From assembly GCF_020402585.1 (NCBI RefSeq), contig NZ_JADBZH010000125.1: a DNA stretch of 64,000 nucleotides; one strand, given 5' to 3'. Position numbers and translations under genes: made by a program. The stretch comes from Phenylobacterium sp. (GTDB taxonomy: Bacteria > Pseudomonadota > Alphaproteobacteria > Caulobacterales > Caulobacteraceae). The notes beneath the pieces are model-generated. The model had not been told where the DNA came from. It did not search any database and saw only the letters and a program-made list of their open reading frames with translations. Below, piece by piece: positions 40,717 through 51,717 of the stretch; the stretch's first letter is position 1; every line of letters begins with the position of its first letter.

Positions 40717-42450
40717 ATGCGCTACCGGCTGGCCGCCCTGGGCGCGATCCTGATCATCGCCGGGTCTCTCCTGGCCTTCCTCGTGCAGGGCTCGGGTGGC
40801 GTCGAGGTCCGGGAAGCCCGCTGGCGGACTGCCGAGGGCGCCGTCATGTCTGGCCTGCTTTACCGGCCCCCAGGGCTGGAGGCCGGGCGGCGCGCTCCCG
40901 CGGTCCTTCTCAGCCACGGCTACATCAACACCCGGGAGATGCAGAGCCCCTTCGCCATCGAGCTGGCGCGGCGGGGCTTTGTGGTCCTGGCCATGGACAT
41001 GACGGGGCATGGCGGCTCTGGGGGTAATGTCGGGGCCGCCGGCTTCGGCGGGCCTTCCGCCCTGGCTCACCTTCGCAGCCTGCCCTTCGTCGATGCGGGC
41101 CAGATTGGCCTTGCCGGCCACAGCATGGGCGGCGGACCTGTTCTTGCGGCCGCCCGCGCTGACCCCGACGCCTACCGCGCCGTGGCTTTGGTCGGGTCGG
41201 CGCCGGGGCTGTTCGGGCCACCCGACGAGGTCCGGCCGGACTTCCCGCGGAACCTGAACGTCGTCTTCGGCGGCCTGGATGAGTTCTCCGCCCTGATGTG
41301 GCGGACGCCGAAAGGGGTCGACCTTCCGGTGTCGGAGAAGCTGAAGGCCGTGTTCGGCGTCGCCTCTCAGGTGGAGCCTGGCCGCGTCTATGGGGATCCC
41401 GCCCTTGGGACCGCCCGTCGCCTGGACCTGCCCTACGTCACTCATCCCTGGGAACACTTCTCGTCCGGCGGCGTCGCGCCGGTGGTGGACTGGATGCAGA
41501 CGCAGCTCGAGGGCGAGGTCCATCCCCTGCCGCCGCAAGACCAGGTCTGGTTCTGGAAGGAGATCGGGACCCTCCTGGCGCTGGTCGGCGCGGGCGTTCT
41601 CCTGCTGGGCGCTTTCGAACTCGCGCTAGGCCTGCCCTGGCTGTCCGCCCTGAGGCGCTCGCCCGAGCCCGCCGCGGCGGTCCGCGGGACGGGCGGCTGG
41701 CTGGCCCTGGGGCTGACGGCGGTGCTGCCGGCCCTGACCTACCTGCCCTTCATGAAGCTGGGCGCCGTGTGGTTCCCTTCCGCCCTCTTTCCGCAATGGG
41801 TCCACAACCAGCTCCTCGCCTGGGCCCTGGCCAATACGGTCCTCGCCATCCTGATCGCCCTGGTGCTGCGGCGGGGCCGGCCGGTGTTCAGCGTCGACAT
41901 CGTCCGCTCTGTCCTCGCCGCCATTCTGTCGGTGGGCGCGGTCGTGCTGGCCCTCACAGCTGTAGACCGCCTCCTGCACGTCGACTTCCGTTTCTGGGTC
42001 GTCGGATTCCGTCCCCTATCGGCGGACCGGTTCCCGATCTTCCTGACCTACCTGCCCTTCTGGATCCTGCACTCGGTCATCGTCGTGCGCGGGCTCTGCG
42101 CCCTGCTGGCGGTGGACGGCGCGGGGCGCCGGATGACCTATGCGACCGCCGCAGCTGTGATGGGCGGCGGCTTCCTGGTCCTTGCCGCCGTACAGTACGC
42201 GACCCTCTTCACGACCGGCCTCCTGCTGACCCCGACAGAGCCGCTGAACGTGATCGTGGCCCTGCAGTTCATTCCCCTGCTGGCCCTGGTGGGGATCATC
42301 GCCGTCTTCACCTGGCGACGGACTAATAGCTACCTGCCGGGCGCCCTGATCTGCGCCCTGTTCCTGTCCTGGTACGTGACCAGCGGCACGGCCAACCATT
42401 GGTCGCCGGACTATCCCATGACCTTCCCGCCCGCGGCCCGCGACCGCTAG
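40717..42450 (+). CDS. Alpha/beta hydrolase fused to a C-terminal polytopic membrane domain
   Basis: N-terminal TM, nucleophile elbow GHSMGG, then ~8 predicted TM helices over the last ~300 aa. Confidence 0.75.
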   Translation: MRYRLAALGAILIIAGSLLAFLVQGSGGVEVREARWRTAEGAVMSGLLYRPPGLEAGRRAPAVLLSHGYINTREMQSPFAIELARRGFVVLAMDMTGHGGSGGNVGAAGFGGPSALAHLRSLPFVDAGQIGLAGHSMGGGPVLAAARADPDAYRAVALVGSAPGLFGPPDEVRPDFPRNLNVVFGGLDEFSALMWRTPKGVDLPVSEKLKAVFGVASQVEPGRVYGDPALGTARRLDLPYVTHPWEHFSSGGVAPVVDWMQTQLEGEVHPLPPQDQVWFWKEIGTLLALVGAGVLLLGAFELALGLPWLSALRRSPEPAAAVRGTGGWLALGLTAVLPALTYLPFMKLGAVWFPSALFPQWVHNQLLAWALANTVLAILIALVLRRGRPVFSVDIVRSVLAAILSVGAVVLALTAVDRLLHVDFRFWVVGFRPLSADRFPIFLTYLPFWILHSVIVVRGLCALLAVDGAGRRMTYATAAAVMGGGFLVLAAVQYATLFTTGLLLTPTEPLNVIVALQFIPLLALVGIIAVFTWRRTNSYLPGALICALFLSWYVTSGTANHWSPDYPMTFPPAARDR

Positions 42451-42456
42451 GGGGCT

Positions 42457-43707
42457 TCAGAGCTGGTCCAGGCCGTAGGCGGCGTGCAGGGCGCGGACGG
42501 CCAGCTCGGTGTAGGCCGCGTCGATCAGGACCGAGATCTTGATCTCCGAGGTCGAGATGACCTGGATATTCACGCCCTTCTCGGCCAGGGCGCCGAACAT
42601 GGTCTTGGCCACGCCCGCATGGCTGCGCATGCCGACCCCGATCACCGAGACCTTGGCCACGTCCTCATTGACCTTCACGTCCTCGAAGCCGACCTGCCCC
42701 TGCAGGCTGCGGACGATCTCGACGGCCCGGCCGGCGTCCCGCTTGCCGACGGTGAACTCCATGTTGGCCGTGTCGGCGACCCTCGCATGGCTCTGCACGA
42801 TCATGTCGACGTTGACGTTCGCGTCCGCCAGGGCCCCGAAGATGACCGAGGACACGCCCGGATGGTCGGGCAGGCCGAACAGGCTGATCTTGGCCTCGTC
42901 CCGGCTGTAGGCGACTCCGCTGACGATCCGCTTTTCCATGATCTCTTCCTCGTCGCACACGATGGTGCCCTGACCCGGGGCCTCGCCCGGCTCGACAAAA
43001 CTCGAAAGGACCCGGACCGGCACCTTCTGGGCCATGGCCAGCTCCACGGACCGGGTCTGCAGGACCTTGGCGCCCAGGGACGCCATTTCCAGCATCTCCT
43101 CGTAGGAGATCCGCGACAGCTTGCGGGCCCGGGATTCGATCCGGGGGTCGGTGGTGTAGACCCCGTCCACGTCGGTGTAGATGTCACAGCGCTCGGCCCG
43201 CACGGCGGCGGCGATGGCCACGGCGCTGGTGTCGGACCCGCCGCGGCCAAGGGTGGCGATGCGTCCGGACGTGGTGACGCCCTGGAAGCCGGCGATCACC
43301 GCCACCTCGCCCGAATCCAGGGCGGCGGAGAGCTTCTCCGGCGGGACGTCGTCGATCCGGGAGCGGCCATGGGCGTCGTCGGCGACGATCGGCACCTGCC
43401 AGCCCATCCAGGACCGGGCCGGGAGGCCCATGTTGCGAAGGGTCATGGCCAGGAGACCCGCCGTCACCTGCTCGCCCGAGGCGACGACGACGTCGTACTC
43501 GTCATCCGAGGCGGGAAGGCCCTCGGCAGCGGGACCGGCGGCGTCGGTCCAGGCCACCAGCTCATTCGTCTTGCCGGCCATGGCCGAGACGACGACGGCG
43601 ACCTTGTACCCGGCCGCGACCTCGGCGGCGACGAGCCGCCCGACGCGCCGGATGCGCTCGAGGTCAGCGACGGACGTGCCGCCGAATTTCATGACCAGCC
43701 GTGACAT
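42457..43707 (-). CDS. lysC: Aspartate kinase
   Basis: [10 protein letters not shown]-terminus and C-terminal ACT domains. ATG at 43707. Confidence 0.95.
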   Translation of the reverse strand: MSRLVMKFGGTSVADLERIRRVGRLVAAEVAAGYKVAVVVSAMAGKTNELVAWTDAAGPAAEGLPASDDEYDVVVASGEQVTAGLLAMTLRNMGLPARSWMGWQVPIVADDAHGRSRIDDVPPEKLSAALDSGEVAVIAGFQGVTTSGRIATLGRGGSDTSAVAIAAAVRAERCDIYTDVDGVYTTDPRIESRARKLSRISYEEMLEMASLGAKVLQTRSVELAMAQKVPVRVLSSFVEPGEAPGQGTIVCDEEEIMEKRIVSGVAYSRDEAKISLFGLPDHPGVSSVIFGALADANVNVDMIVQSHARVADTANMEFTVGKRDAGRAVEIVRSLQGQVGFEDVKVNEDVAKVSVIGVGMRSHAGVAKTMFGALAEKGVNIQVISTSEIKISVLIDAAYTELAVRALHAAYGLDQL

Positions 43708-43824
43708 GGCTCGAAATCCGCACTCCAGACCCGGGAAGAGAGGCCTTCTAGCGGCCGGGCGGGGAGGGGGCAACACCTGCGCGCCGGGGCTTTTCCCTGT
43801 GCACCCGGCCCGGGGCTCTGGTAT

Positions 43825-44583
43825 GTGCGGCCCATGCCCGAGCCCGGTTCCAGCATCGATCCCGCCGAAGTCGAGCGGTTCTCACGCATCGCCGCCGAAT
43901 GGTGGGACCCCAAGGGCAAGTTCGCTCCCCTGCATCGCTTCAATCCGGTCCGGCTGAACTTCATCCGCGAACAGGGTCTGGCCCATTTCGGCCGCGACGG
44001 CGACGCCCGCCGGCCCTTCGAAGGGCTGAGGCTGCTGGACATCGGCTGCGGCGGCGGCCTCCTGTCCGAACCCATGTCGCGGCTGGGCTTCGACGTGACC
44101 GGGGTCGACGCCTCTGAACGCAACATCGGGACCGCCCGGACCCACGCCGAACAGGCCGGGGTTCCCGTCACCTATCTCTGCTCCACAGCCGAGGCCCTTG
44201 AGGCGGAGGGCGTGGCGCCCTTCGACGTGATCCTCAACATGGAGGTCATCGAGCACGTTGCCGATCCGGGCGAGTTCCTGCGCACCTGCGGCAGGCTGCT
44301 GGCGCCTGGCGGCCTGATGATCGTGGCGACCCTGAACCGAACCCTCCGCGCCCTGGCCCTGGCCAAGATCGGCGCCGAGTACGTCCTTCGCTGGCTGCCG
44401 GCCGGCACCCATGACTGGCGGAAATTCCTGACGCCGGAGGAACTTCGGGGCTTCCTGTCCGGGACCTCCCTGGACATGAAGGGGCCGTTCGGGGTGAGCT
44501 TTGATCCCCTTTCCGGCGTCTGGCGGCTCTCGTCGGACTCCGGTGTGAACTACATGATGACGGTGACGCGCCGGGCGGACTGA
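43825..44583 (+). CDS. ubiG: Bifunctional 3-demethylubiquinone 3-O-methyltransferase UbiG
   Basis: [12 protein letters not shown] and [13 protein letters not shown] motifs. Confidence 0.92.
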   Translation: MRPMPEPGSSIDPAEVERFSRIAAEWWDPKGKFAPLHRFNPVRLNFIREQGLAHFGRDGDARRPFEGLRLLDIGCGGGLLSEPMSRLGFDVTGVDASERNIGTARTHAEQAGVPVTYLCSTAEALEAEGVAPFDVILNMEVIEHVADPGEFLRTCGRLLAPGGLMIVATLNRTLRALALAKIGAEYVLRWLPAGTHDWRKFLTPEELRGFLSGTSLDMKGPFGVSFDPLSGVWRLSSDSGVNYMMTVTRRAD

Positions 44584-44619
44584 CCGGCCGGGCGCCCGGG
44601 TCCAGGGAGGGACTGGCGC

Positions 44620-46233
44620 ATGTTCGGATTGATGATGGACAGGCCCCTGACCCTGCCCTCCATCCTGGAGTACGCGGCGGCCTGGCACCCCACCCGAGAG
44701 ATCGTCACCCGCACCGTTGAGGGGCCGATCCACCGTTACGGCTATGCCGACGCCCTTCAGCGCGTGAAGCGCATGGCCAACGCCCTGCGATCCCTGGGCG
44801 TGAAGCCCGGCGACCGCGTGGCCACCCTGGCCTGGTCCACCCATCGGCACTTCGAGCTCTACTATGCCGTCAGCGGACTGGGGGCGGTGCTGCACACCAT
44901 CAACCCGCGCCTGCATCCCGACCAGGTGGCCTGGGTGGCCAACCACGCCGGCGACAGCCTGCTGTTCTGGGACATCTCCTTCGCCGACCTCGTGCCCGAG
45001 ATCGCCGGGCGCCTGGAGACCGTGAAGACCTTCGTCGCCATGACCGACCCGGACAACCTGCCGGCCTCCGCTCCGGGCGGGACCCTCGTGTACGAGGCGT
45101 TGGTCGCGGCGGCCTCGCCGGACTTCGACTGGCCTGAGCTTGATGAGCGGCAGGCCTCCGCCCTCTGCTACACCTCAGGCACGACGGGAAACCCCAAGGG
45201 GGTGCTCTATTCGCACCGCTCGACCGTCCTTCACGCCCTGTCGGTCATCCAGCCCGACTGCTTCGGGCTTGGGGCGGCCGACGCCATCCTGCCCTGCGCC
45301 CAGATGTACCACGCCAACGCCTGGTGCACGCCCTACGCCGCGCCCCTGGTGGGGGCCAAGCTGATCCTGCCGGGCCGGCATCTCGACGGGCCCTCGGTGT
45401 GCGACCTGGCGGTGGCCGAGCAGGCGACCTTCCTCCTGGGCGTGCCGACCATCTGGGTGGGCGTGCTGGACCACCTGGACGGAACCGGCCAGTCCCTGAC
45501 CTCGGTTCGCACCGTGGCGGTGGGCGGCTCGGCGCCGACGGCCTCCCTGATCTCCCGGGTCCAGGACCGCCTGGGGGCCGATGTCCGGCAGATCTGGGGC
45601 ATGACCGAAACCAGCCCCCTGGGGGTCATCAACACCCCCCTGGCGGCGCACGCGGGCGAGACCGCCGAGGCCGCCCTGGCCCGCAAGCAGCGGCAGGGCC
45701 GGGCCAACTGGGGCGTCGAGTTGCGCATCGTCGGTGAGGACGGCGCCGTGCTGCCGCACGATGGCCTCCAGTCCGGGGCGCTGCAGGTTCGCGGGCCCTG
45801 GGTGGCCTCGGCCTACTATCGCAACGATGGCGCCGAGGCCTTCGGCGACGACGGCTGGTTCGACACCGGGGACATCGCCGCCATCGACCCCGAGGGCTAT
45901 CTGCGCCTCACGGACCGGGCCAAGGATGTCAGCAAGTCGGGCGGAGAGTGGATCTCGACCCTCGACCTGGAGGATGCGGTCTCCTCGCATCCCGCCGTCG
46001 CCCTCGCCGCCGCGGTCGGAGTCCCGCATCCCAAGTGGGATGAGCGCCCCCTGCTGCTGGTCGTGCTTCGCCCCGGCCAGGACGCCGAGCCGCAGGCCCT
46101 CAGGGACCATGTCGCCGGGCGGGTGGCGAAGTGGTGGGTGCCGGATGAGGTGCGCATCGTCGAGGCCCTGCCCATCGGTCCGACCGGCAAGGTCCTCAAG
46201 CGGGAGCTCAGGGCGACGCTCGCCGGGGCCTGA
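44620..46233 (+). CDS. AMP-dependent acyl-CoA synthetase (long-chain-fatty-acid--CoA ligase-like)
   Basis: AMP-binding motif YTSGTTGNPKGV and GWFDTGD. Confidence 0.88.
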   Translation: MFGLMMDRPLTLPSILEYAAAWHPTREIVTRTVEGPIHRYGYADALQRVKRMANALRSLGVKPGDRVATLAWSTHRHFELYYAVSGLGAVLHTINPRLHPDQVAWVANHAGDSLLFWDISFADLVPEIAGRLETVKTFVAMTDPDNLPASAPGGTLVYEALVAAASPDFDWPELDERQASALCYTSGTTGNPKGVLYSHRSTVLHALSVIQPDCFGLGAADAILPCAQMYHANAWCTPYAAPLVGAKLILPGRHLDGPSVCDLAVAEQATFLLGVPTIWVGVLDHLDGTGQSLTSVRTVAVGGSAPTASLISRVQDRLGADVRQIWGMTETSPLGVINTPLAAHAGETAEAALARKQRQGRANWGVELRIVGEDGAVLPHDGLQSGALQVRGPWVASAYYRNDGAEAFGDDGWFDTGDIAAIDPEGYLRLTDRAKDVSKSGGEWISTLDLEDAVSSHPAVALAAAVGVPHPKWDERPLLLVVLRPGQDAEPQALRDHVAGRVAKWWVPDEVRIVEALPIGPTGKVLKRELRATLAGA

Positions 46234-46343
46234 AAAGAGGCTGGCGCCGGTCGCCCCAAGGGCGATAAGGTCGAAGCAGTCCGGCGCGCAAGGCCGGTCA
46301 AGGCGACACAGCCCGCATGGGCGAGACTTGGGGAGATGCCGAC

Positions 46344-47426
46344 ATGAAGGCCGCCGTTCTGCGCGAAGTGGGCAAGCCGCTTCAGATCGAAGACGTCCAG
46401 ATCAACAAGCCCGGCCCGCACGAGGTCCTGGTCCGCACCAAGGCCGCCGGCCTGTGCCATTCGGACCTGCACTTCATGGAAGGCTCCTACCCGCACCCGC
46501 TCCCGGCGGTCCTGGGCCATGAGAGCGCCGGCGTCGTCGAGGCCGTAGGCTCCGAAGTGCGCACCGTGAAGCCGGGCGACCACGTCATCACCTGTCTGTC
46601 GGCCTTCTGCGGCCACTGCGAGAGCTGCCTGACCGGGCGCCTGTCCCTCTGCGTCAGCCCCGAGACCAAGCGCGGCGCCGACGACGAACCCCGCTTGACC
46701 CAGAATGGGGCGGCCCTGCCGCAGTTCCTGAACCTGTCGTCCTTCGCCGAGTACATGCTGATCCACGAGCACGCCTGCGTTTCGATCCGCAAGGACATGC
46801 CCCTGGACCGCGCCGCCCTGATCGGCTGCTCGGTCATGACCGGCGTGGGCGCCGCCATCCACACCTCGGGCGTGCGTCCCGGTGAGACCGTGGCGGTCAT
46901 CGGCTGCGGCGGCGTGGGCCTCTCCGCCATCAACGGTGCGGCCATCGCCGGCGCCGGCCGGATCATCGCCATCGACATGTTCGCCGGCAAGGACAACCTG
47001 GCCCGGGAATTCGGCGCCACCGACTTCATCGACGCCTCCTCGACCGACGCGGTGAAGGAAGTGCTCGAGATGACCCGCGGCGGCGTACACCACGCCTTCG
47101 AGGCCATCGGCCTGTCCAAGACCGCCGAGCAGGCCTTCAACATGCTGCGCCGGGGCGGCACGGCCAACATCATCGGCATGATCCCGATCGGCCAGAACGT
47201 GACCCTGCCGGGCGCCGCCTTCCTGGGCGAAAAGCGCATCCAGGGCTCGCTGATGGGCTCCAACCGCTTCCCGGTCGACATGCCCCGCCTGGTCGACTTC
47301 TACATGTCGGGCAAGCTTAAGCTCGACGAGATGATCTCCCAGCGAATCCGCCTCGACCAAGTCAACGAGGGCTTCGCCGACATGAAGAAGGGCGGCCTCG
47401 CCCGCTCGGTCATCGTCTTCGACTGA
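46344..47426 (+). CDS. Zinc-dependent alcohol dehydrogenase family protein
   Basis: GLCHSDLH and GHESAGVVEAVG zinc motifs and a GCGGVGLS Rossmann motif. Confidence 0.88.
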   Translation: MKAAVLREVGKPLQIEDVQINKPGPHEVLVRTKAAGLCHSDLHFMEGSYPHPLPAVLGHESAGVVEAVGSEVRTVKPGDHVITCLSAFCGHCESCLTGRLSLCVSPETKRGADDEPRLTQNGAALPQFLNLSSFAEYMLIHEHACVSIRKDMPLDRAALIGCSVMTGVGAAIHTSGVRPGETVAVIGCGGVGLSAINGAAIAGAGRIIAIDMFAGKDNLAREFGATDFIDASSTDAVKEVLEMTRGGVHHAFEAIGLSKTAEQAFNMLRRGGTANIIGMIPIGQNVTLPGAAFLGEKRIQGSLMGSNRFPVDMPRLVDFYMSGKLKLDEMISQRIRLDQVNEGFADMKKGGLARSVIVFD

Positions 47427-47447
47427 TCCTGTGAGACCAAGCGAAAC

Positions 47448-47478
47448 GGGGGCCTCGCCTTGCGGCGGGGCCCTTTTT
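47448..47478 (+). terminator. Rho-independent terminator after the alcohol dehydrogenase gene
   Basis: GGGCCTCGCC-ttgc-GGCGGGGCCC, a 10-bp stem with one G-U pair, followed by TTTTT. Confidence 0.7.
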
Positions 47479-47489
47479 CGTGGGCGGCC

Positions 47490-47840
47490 TCAGAGGAGGT
47501 CCAGGGCCTTTTCAGGGGGCCGGCAGACGGCGACGCCGCGCGGACCCTCGACCACCGGCCGCTCGACCAGGATGGGCTCGCGAACCATCGCGGCGGCGAG
47601 GGTCGCCTCGCTCACGTCGGGGGCGGTCAGGCCCAGCGCCTCGGCCGCGCCGCCGCGTGTGCGCAGGAAGGCCCGCAAGGGGACCCCGGCGCGCGCGGCC
47701 AGGGAGGTCAGCTGGGCCTCGGTCCACCCGGCCTTGAGATACTCCACGACACGGAGCTCCACACCCTTCTCCCGCAGCAGGGACAAGGTGTTGCGCGACG
47801 TCCCGCAGGCCGGGTTGTGATAGATGACCACCTCGGACAC
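47490..47840 (-). CDS. arsC: Arsenate reductase (glutaredoxin-coupled ArsC family)
   Basis: IYHNPACGTSRNTL catalytic motif. The GTG at 47840 is preceded by GGAGGAGG. Confidence 0.85.
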   Translation of the reverse strand: MSEVVIYHNPACGTSRNTLSLLREKGVELRVVEYLKAGWTEAQLTSLAARAGVPLRAFLRTRGGAAEALGLTAPDVSEATLAAAMVREPILVERPVVEGPRGVAVCRPPEKALDLL

Positions 47841-47854
47841 GGCTTCCTCCTCCG

Positions 47855-50269
47855 TCACCACTTGTACGTTGCCTCCGCCCGGACGAGGGCGGTGTCGCTG
47901 TCGCCGAAGGCCATCTCCCTCGGCACCCGGGCCGGCAGGGGCGTCAGTTGGGCCGGCCAACTTCCCGAGCGGGCCAGGGTGCGAACCTCGAGGTCGCCCG
48001 GACCCGCCGGCTGGAACTCAATGACCAGGGTCTCTGGCGGCGCCTGCAGGCGGATCCGGTTCCAGACCCCCGGAGAGGCCATGAGGCCGGCGGGCCGTCC
48101 GTTGACCGTGACCGCCGTCGCCAGGGTGTTGCTGCGCAGGTCAAGGGTCAGGCCGGCGGCGTCGGCGGGCGGCCGGATCACCAGCCGCTGGCGGTCATCG
48201 TCGAGGCCGGAAAGGGACATCTCAGCGCCCTTCAGGGGCGCCGGTCGGGCGGGCGCCGCCCAGAAGTCCCTGCGGGCGACCAGTGGGTCCTTGGTCCGTG
48301 AAGGCCGCCCGCCATCGCGGGACAGGACGGCGGCGGACCAGTCCGAGAGTCGCGGCTCGGTCGAGATCAAACGGGCTTCGGCGGCGCCTGCGTCCTGCAG
48401 ATGCTGGACCACGGTGACCTCGGGGTGTCTCTCGCTCCAGGGCGAGGTCAGCCTGAGGAAGATGGCTAGCCCCAGGCCGGCGATGAGGACCCCGGCGGTG
48501 ACCAGGCCGGCCCGGGCCTCCATCCGGCCCGGCTCGGGCGCGCCGTGGGCGAGGGGCCAGAGGCAGAAGGCGGCGAGCCAGGTGAAAAGGGCCAGAAGGG
48601 CGGGCAGGTCGAGCCCCAGGAAGACGCCGTGGCCGTAACCCAGGATCCAGGCGGTCACCGGCGTCGCGACCAGGGCTCCGGCAACGGGTGTGATCCAGGA
48701 CCGGGGGCTGGCGCCGAGCGTTGTCACGGCGGCCAGCAGGCTGGCCGCCAGCAGGGGCCAGGCGACCAGGAAGGCGGCCGCGGGGGTGACCACCTGCAGC
48801 GCCAGGGCGACCACCAGGCCTGTCAGCAGCATCCCGGTCCAGGCCGGAGCCACCCGGACAGGGGGGCCGAAGGTCATGAAGCCCGCGACAGCGGCGGCGA
48901 CCCCCAGGGCCACGGCGGCGATGTCCCATCCGAAGGGAAGGGCTGCGGCGCCGGCGGCCAGGGCCAGGGCCCCGGCCTGAAGCCGGCTTCGGCCCTGCCC
49001 CGTAAATCCAGGCGCAAGGACAAGCACGCTGAGGGCGATGAGAAGGAGGGCCGTCTCCCAGACCGTTACCCGGGCCAGAAGCGACCTCTGCTCCAGGAAG
49101 CCCGCCCCGTCCGCCGCAATCCGCCGGGCCAGGTGCAGGAGGGCCCCGGAGAGGAGCAGGAGGTAGAGGGCGGCCCCGACGCCGCGAACCACGCCAGGCG
49201 CATCAAGGGCGCCTCTGCGGCGGGCGTTCCGGACGGCGAGGGCCAGGAGGCCGGCGCAGACCGCCAGGACCAGCCAGCCGGCGGCGGCGGGGTAGGCGAT
49301 CATGAGGTCGCCGAAGACATGGGAGAAGACCTTGTCAGGCCCCCTGGCCGGCAGGGGGCTGGAACCGGAGAGCTCAAGGGCCACCGCCGTGACCTGGTCG
49401 CCCAGGTGCTGGAGGCTTCCGGCATCCAGGTTGGCTGGGGTCGACGTGGCCGCGTGGTAGTCGAACTGACGGCCGATGAAGGCGAAGTTCATTCCGTCGA
49501 TCCGCGCGGCCCTCGCGATGGTGAAGTCCGTGTCGTTTGGCATGGCCGAATAGAGCAGGACCGAGAGGGAGGAGGCCGAGGGCTGGCTGGCCGTCCGCTG
49601 CAGGAGGTCGATGGTCCCCTGGTTCTGGGCGCCGGTCTGGAACATCTGCACGAGGCCGCCGCCGCCCCTCGCCTCCATGTTCACCAGGAAGCCGATGCGG
49701 CCGGCCAGGGGATGGCGGGCGAAGAAGGCCTCCGCGCCCAGGAGCCCTGCCTCCTCGCCATCCGTGAAGAGGAAGATGACGTCCCGCGCGGGCGTTCCGC
49801 GCGCCTTGAGAACCCGGGCTATCTCCAGCGCAGTGGCGACGCCGGCCGCGTCGTCGGCGGCCCCCGGCGAGCCAGGCACGCTATCGTAGTGCGCCATCAG
49901 GGCCAGGGCGGGCGCAGACCGGTCGCGTCCGGGAAGGACCCCAATGATGTTCTCGATCCGGCCGCCGAGGAAGACGGGTTGCTCAACCCGCGTGACCTTG
50001 CGGAGGCTGAGGTCGGCCTGGACCTGGGGCGAAAGGCCCAGGGCGGTCATGCGGGAGGCGATGTAGTCGCGCGCCCGGGCGTTCTCCACGGAGCCGGTGG
50101 GATGGGGCTCCCTGGCGATCACGCCGACGTCTGTCAGCGCCCGGCCCGCAGAGAAGACGTCCGCCGGCGCAGTCGCCGGCTTTGGCGACGGCGGCCTGCC
50201 CGCAACCAGGGCCAGGATCAGCGCGACGACCAGGGTGAGGCCGAGGACGGCGAGCCGGTTCATCTTCAT
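47855..50269 (-). CDS. M28 family metallopeptidase fused to a polytopic membrane domain and a C-terminal extracytoplasmic domain
   Basis: N-terminal TM, M28 motifs (HYDSV, FLFTDGEEAGLLGA), then ~8-9 TM helices and a ~230-aa tail. Confidence 0.8.
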   Translation of the reverse strand: MKMNRLAVLGLTLVVALILALVAGRPPSPKPATAPADVFSAGRALTDVGVIAREPHPTGSVENARARDYIASRMTALGLSPQVQADLSLRKVTRVEQPVFLGGRIENIIGVLPGRDRSAPALALMAHYDSVPGSPGAADDAAGVATALEIARVLKARGTPARDVIFLFTDGEEAGLLGAEAFFARHPLAGRIGFLVNMEARGGGGLVQMFQTGAQNQGTIDLLQRTASQPSASSLSVLLYSAMPNDTDFTIARAARIDGMNFAFIGRQFDYHAATSTPANLDAGSLQHLGDQVTAVALELSGSSPLPARGPDKVFSHVFGDLMIAYPAAAGWLVLAVCAGLLALAVRNARRRGALDAPGVVRGVGAALYLLLLSGALLHLARRIAADGAGFLEQRSLLARVTVWETALLLIALSVLVLAPGFTGQGRSRLQAGALALAAGAAALPFGWDIAAVALGVAAAVAGFMTFGPPVRVAPAWTGMLLTGLVVALALQVVTPAAAFLVAWPLLAASLLAAVTTLGASPRSWITPVAGALVATPVTAWILGYGHGVFLGLDLPALLALFTWLAAFCLWPLAHGAPEPGRMEARAGLVTAGVLIAGLGLAIFLRLTSPWSERHPEVTVVQHLQDAGAAEARLISTEPRLSDWSAAVLSRDGGRPSRTKDPLVARRDFWAAPARPAPLKGAEMSLSGLDDDRQRLVIRPPADAAGLTLDLRSNTLATAVTVNGRPAGLMASPGVWNRIRLQAPPETLVIEFQPAGPGDLEVRTLARSGSWPAQLTPLPARVPREMAFGDSDTALVRAEATYKW

Positions 50270-50315
50270 TTCCCTCCCCCGGGAACGGCGGCCGAACTTA
50301 TCGCGGCGTCCGCCG

Positions 50316-50346
50316 GAAACAAGAACGCCCGCCTTGCGGGCGGGCG
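50316..50346 (-). terminator. Rho-independent terminator downstream of ctrA
   Basis: Minus strand: CGCCCGCC-cgcaa-GGCGGGCG followed by TTCTTGTTTCC. Confidence 0.7.
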
Positions 50347-50372
50347 CTCATAGACCATGTCGGGGCCTGTGG

Positions 50373-51068
<696 letters not shown>

Positions 51069-51145
51069 ACTCGCCTCCTTGCCCCTCTCGCTCCGGCCCT
51101 GATTCGCTTCTCGACAGGGCCCAGCAGCGTCACCCTGCCAGAGGG

Positions 51146-51255
51146 TTAATTTAAGAAAGGTTAACGTCGGTAACCTTGATGGCGAAATCGTTAACCCGCT
51201 TTGCGAATCACCGGCAAGCCCTCTTGGCGCCGGGCGGGCCGGGGCGTGTTGAATC
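51146..51255 (-). promoter_or_regulatory. ctrA upstream region with clustered TTAA/TTAACC half-sites and two GANTC sites
   Basis: TTAA at 51146, 51151, 51161 and 51191, and GGTAACC at 51169-51175. GAATC at 51205 and 51251. This is the only such TTAA cluster in the window. Spacings are N6/N11, not the canonical N7. Confidence 0.4.
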
Positions 51256-51371
51256 TTTTGTGATTGGACAGGCGGGGCGAACGCCTGGGGCTTTTCCGGA
51301 CTGGCGCAGGGTCAGCCAGGCCCCATATCAGGAAGGTCCGGAAATCGGTCCGGCGGATGGGAGACACTCGC

Positions 51372-51632
51372 ATGTCCTTGGATCTGGATGCTGATCCCGG
51401 TCCGTCAGTCCTCGCGGAGGCCGGGGCTGGCCTGACCCTCGCGGACGGTTGCGGGAACGAGGATCTTTCCGCTCCCCTCGAGGCGCTGCCGCCCCAGCCC
51501 TTCAGCCTGTCCGATGAGGTGCGCTTGAGGCCCGGCCGCAGCCTTGGCGGCGTCCTTCTTGGCGGGGTGGTCCTGGGATTCCTGATCGGGCGCACACTTG
51601 GTCTTCGGGGCCCACCGACGCGGGGAGTCTGA
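51372..51632 (+). CDS. Small hypothetical protein with a C-terminal TM anchor (86 aa), upstream of fliI
   Basis: ATG 51372 preceded by GGGAGA. C-terminal LGGVLLGGVVLGFLIG hydrophobic segment. GC3 is moderately high. Confidence 0.45.
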   Translation: MSLDLDADPGPSVLAEAGAGLTLADGCGNEDLSAPLEALPPQPFSLSDEVRLRPGRSLGGVLLGGVVLGFLIGRTLGLRGPPTRGV

Positions 51633-51717
51633 CCCCGCTTCACAACAGGGTCTTCATGGCTGATTAAGCCTGTTGGAGACAAGCTTCGGGCTTGAGTCGC
51701 CTGCGGGAGGCCGCGTC

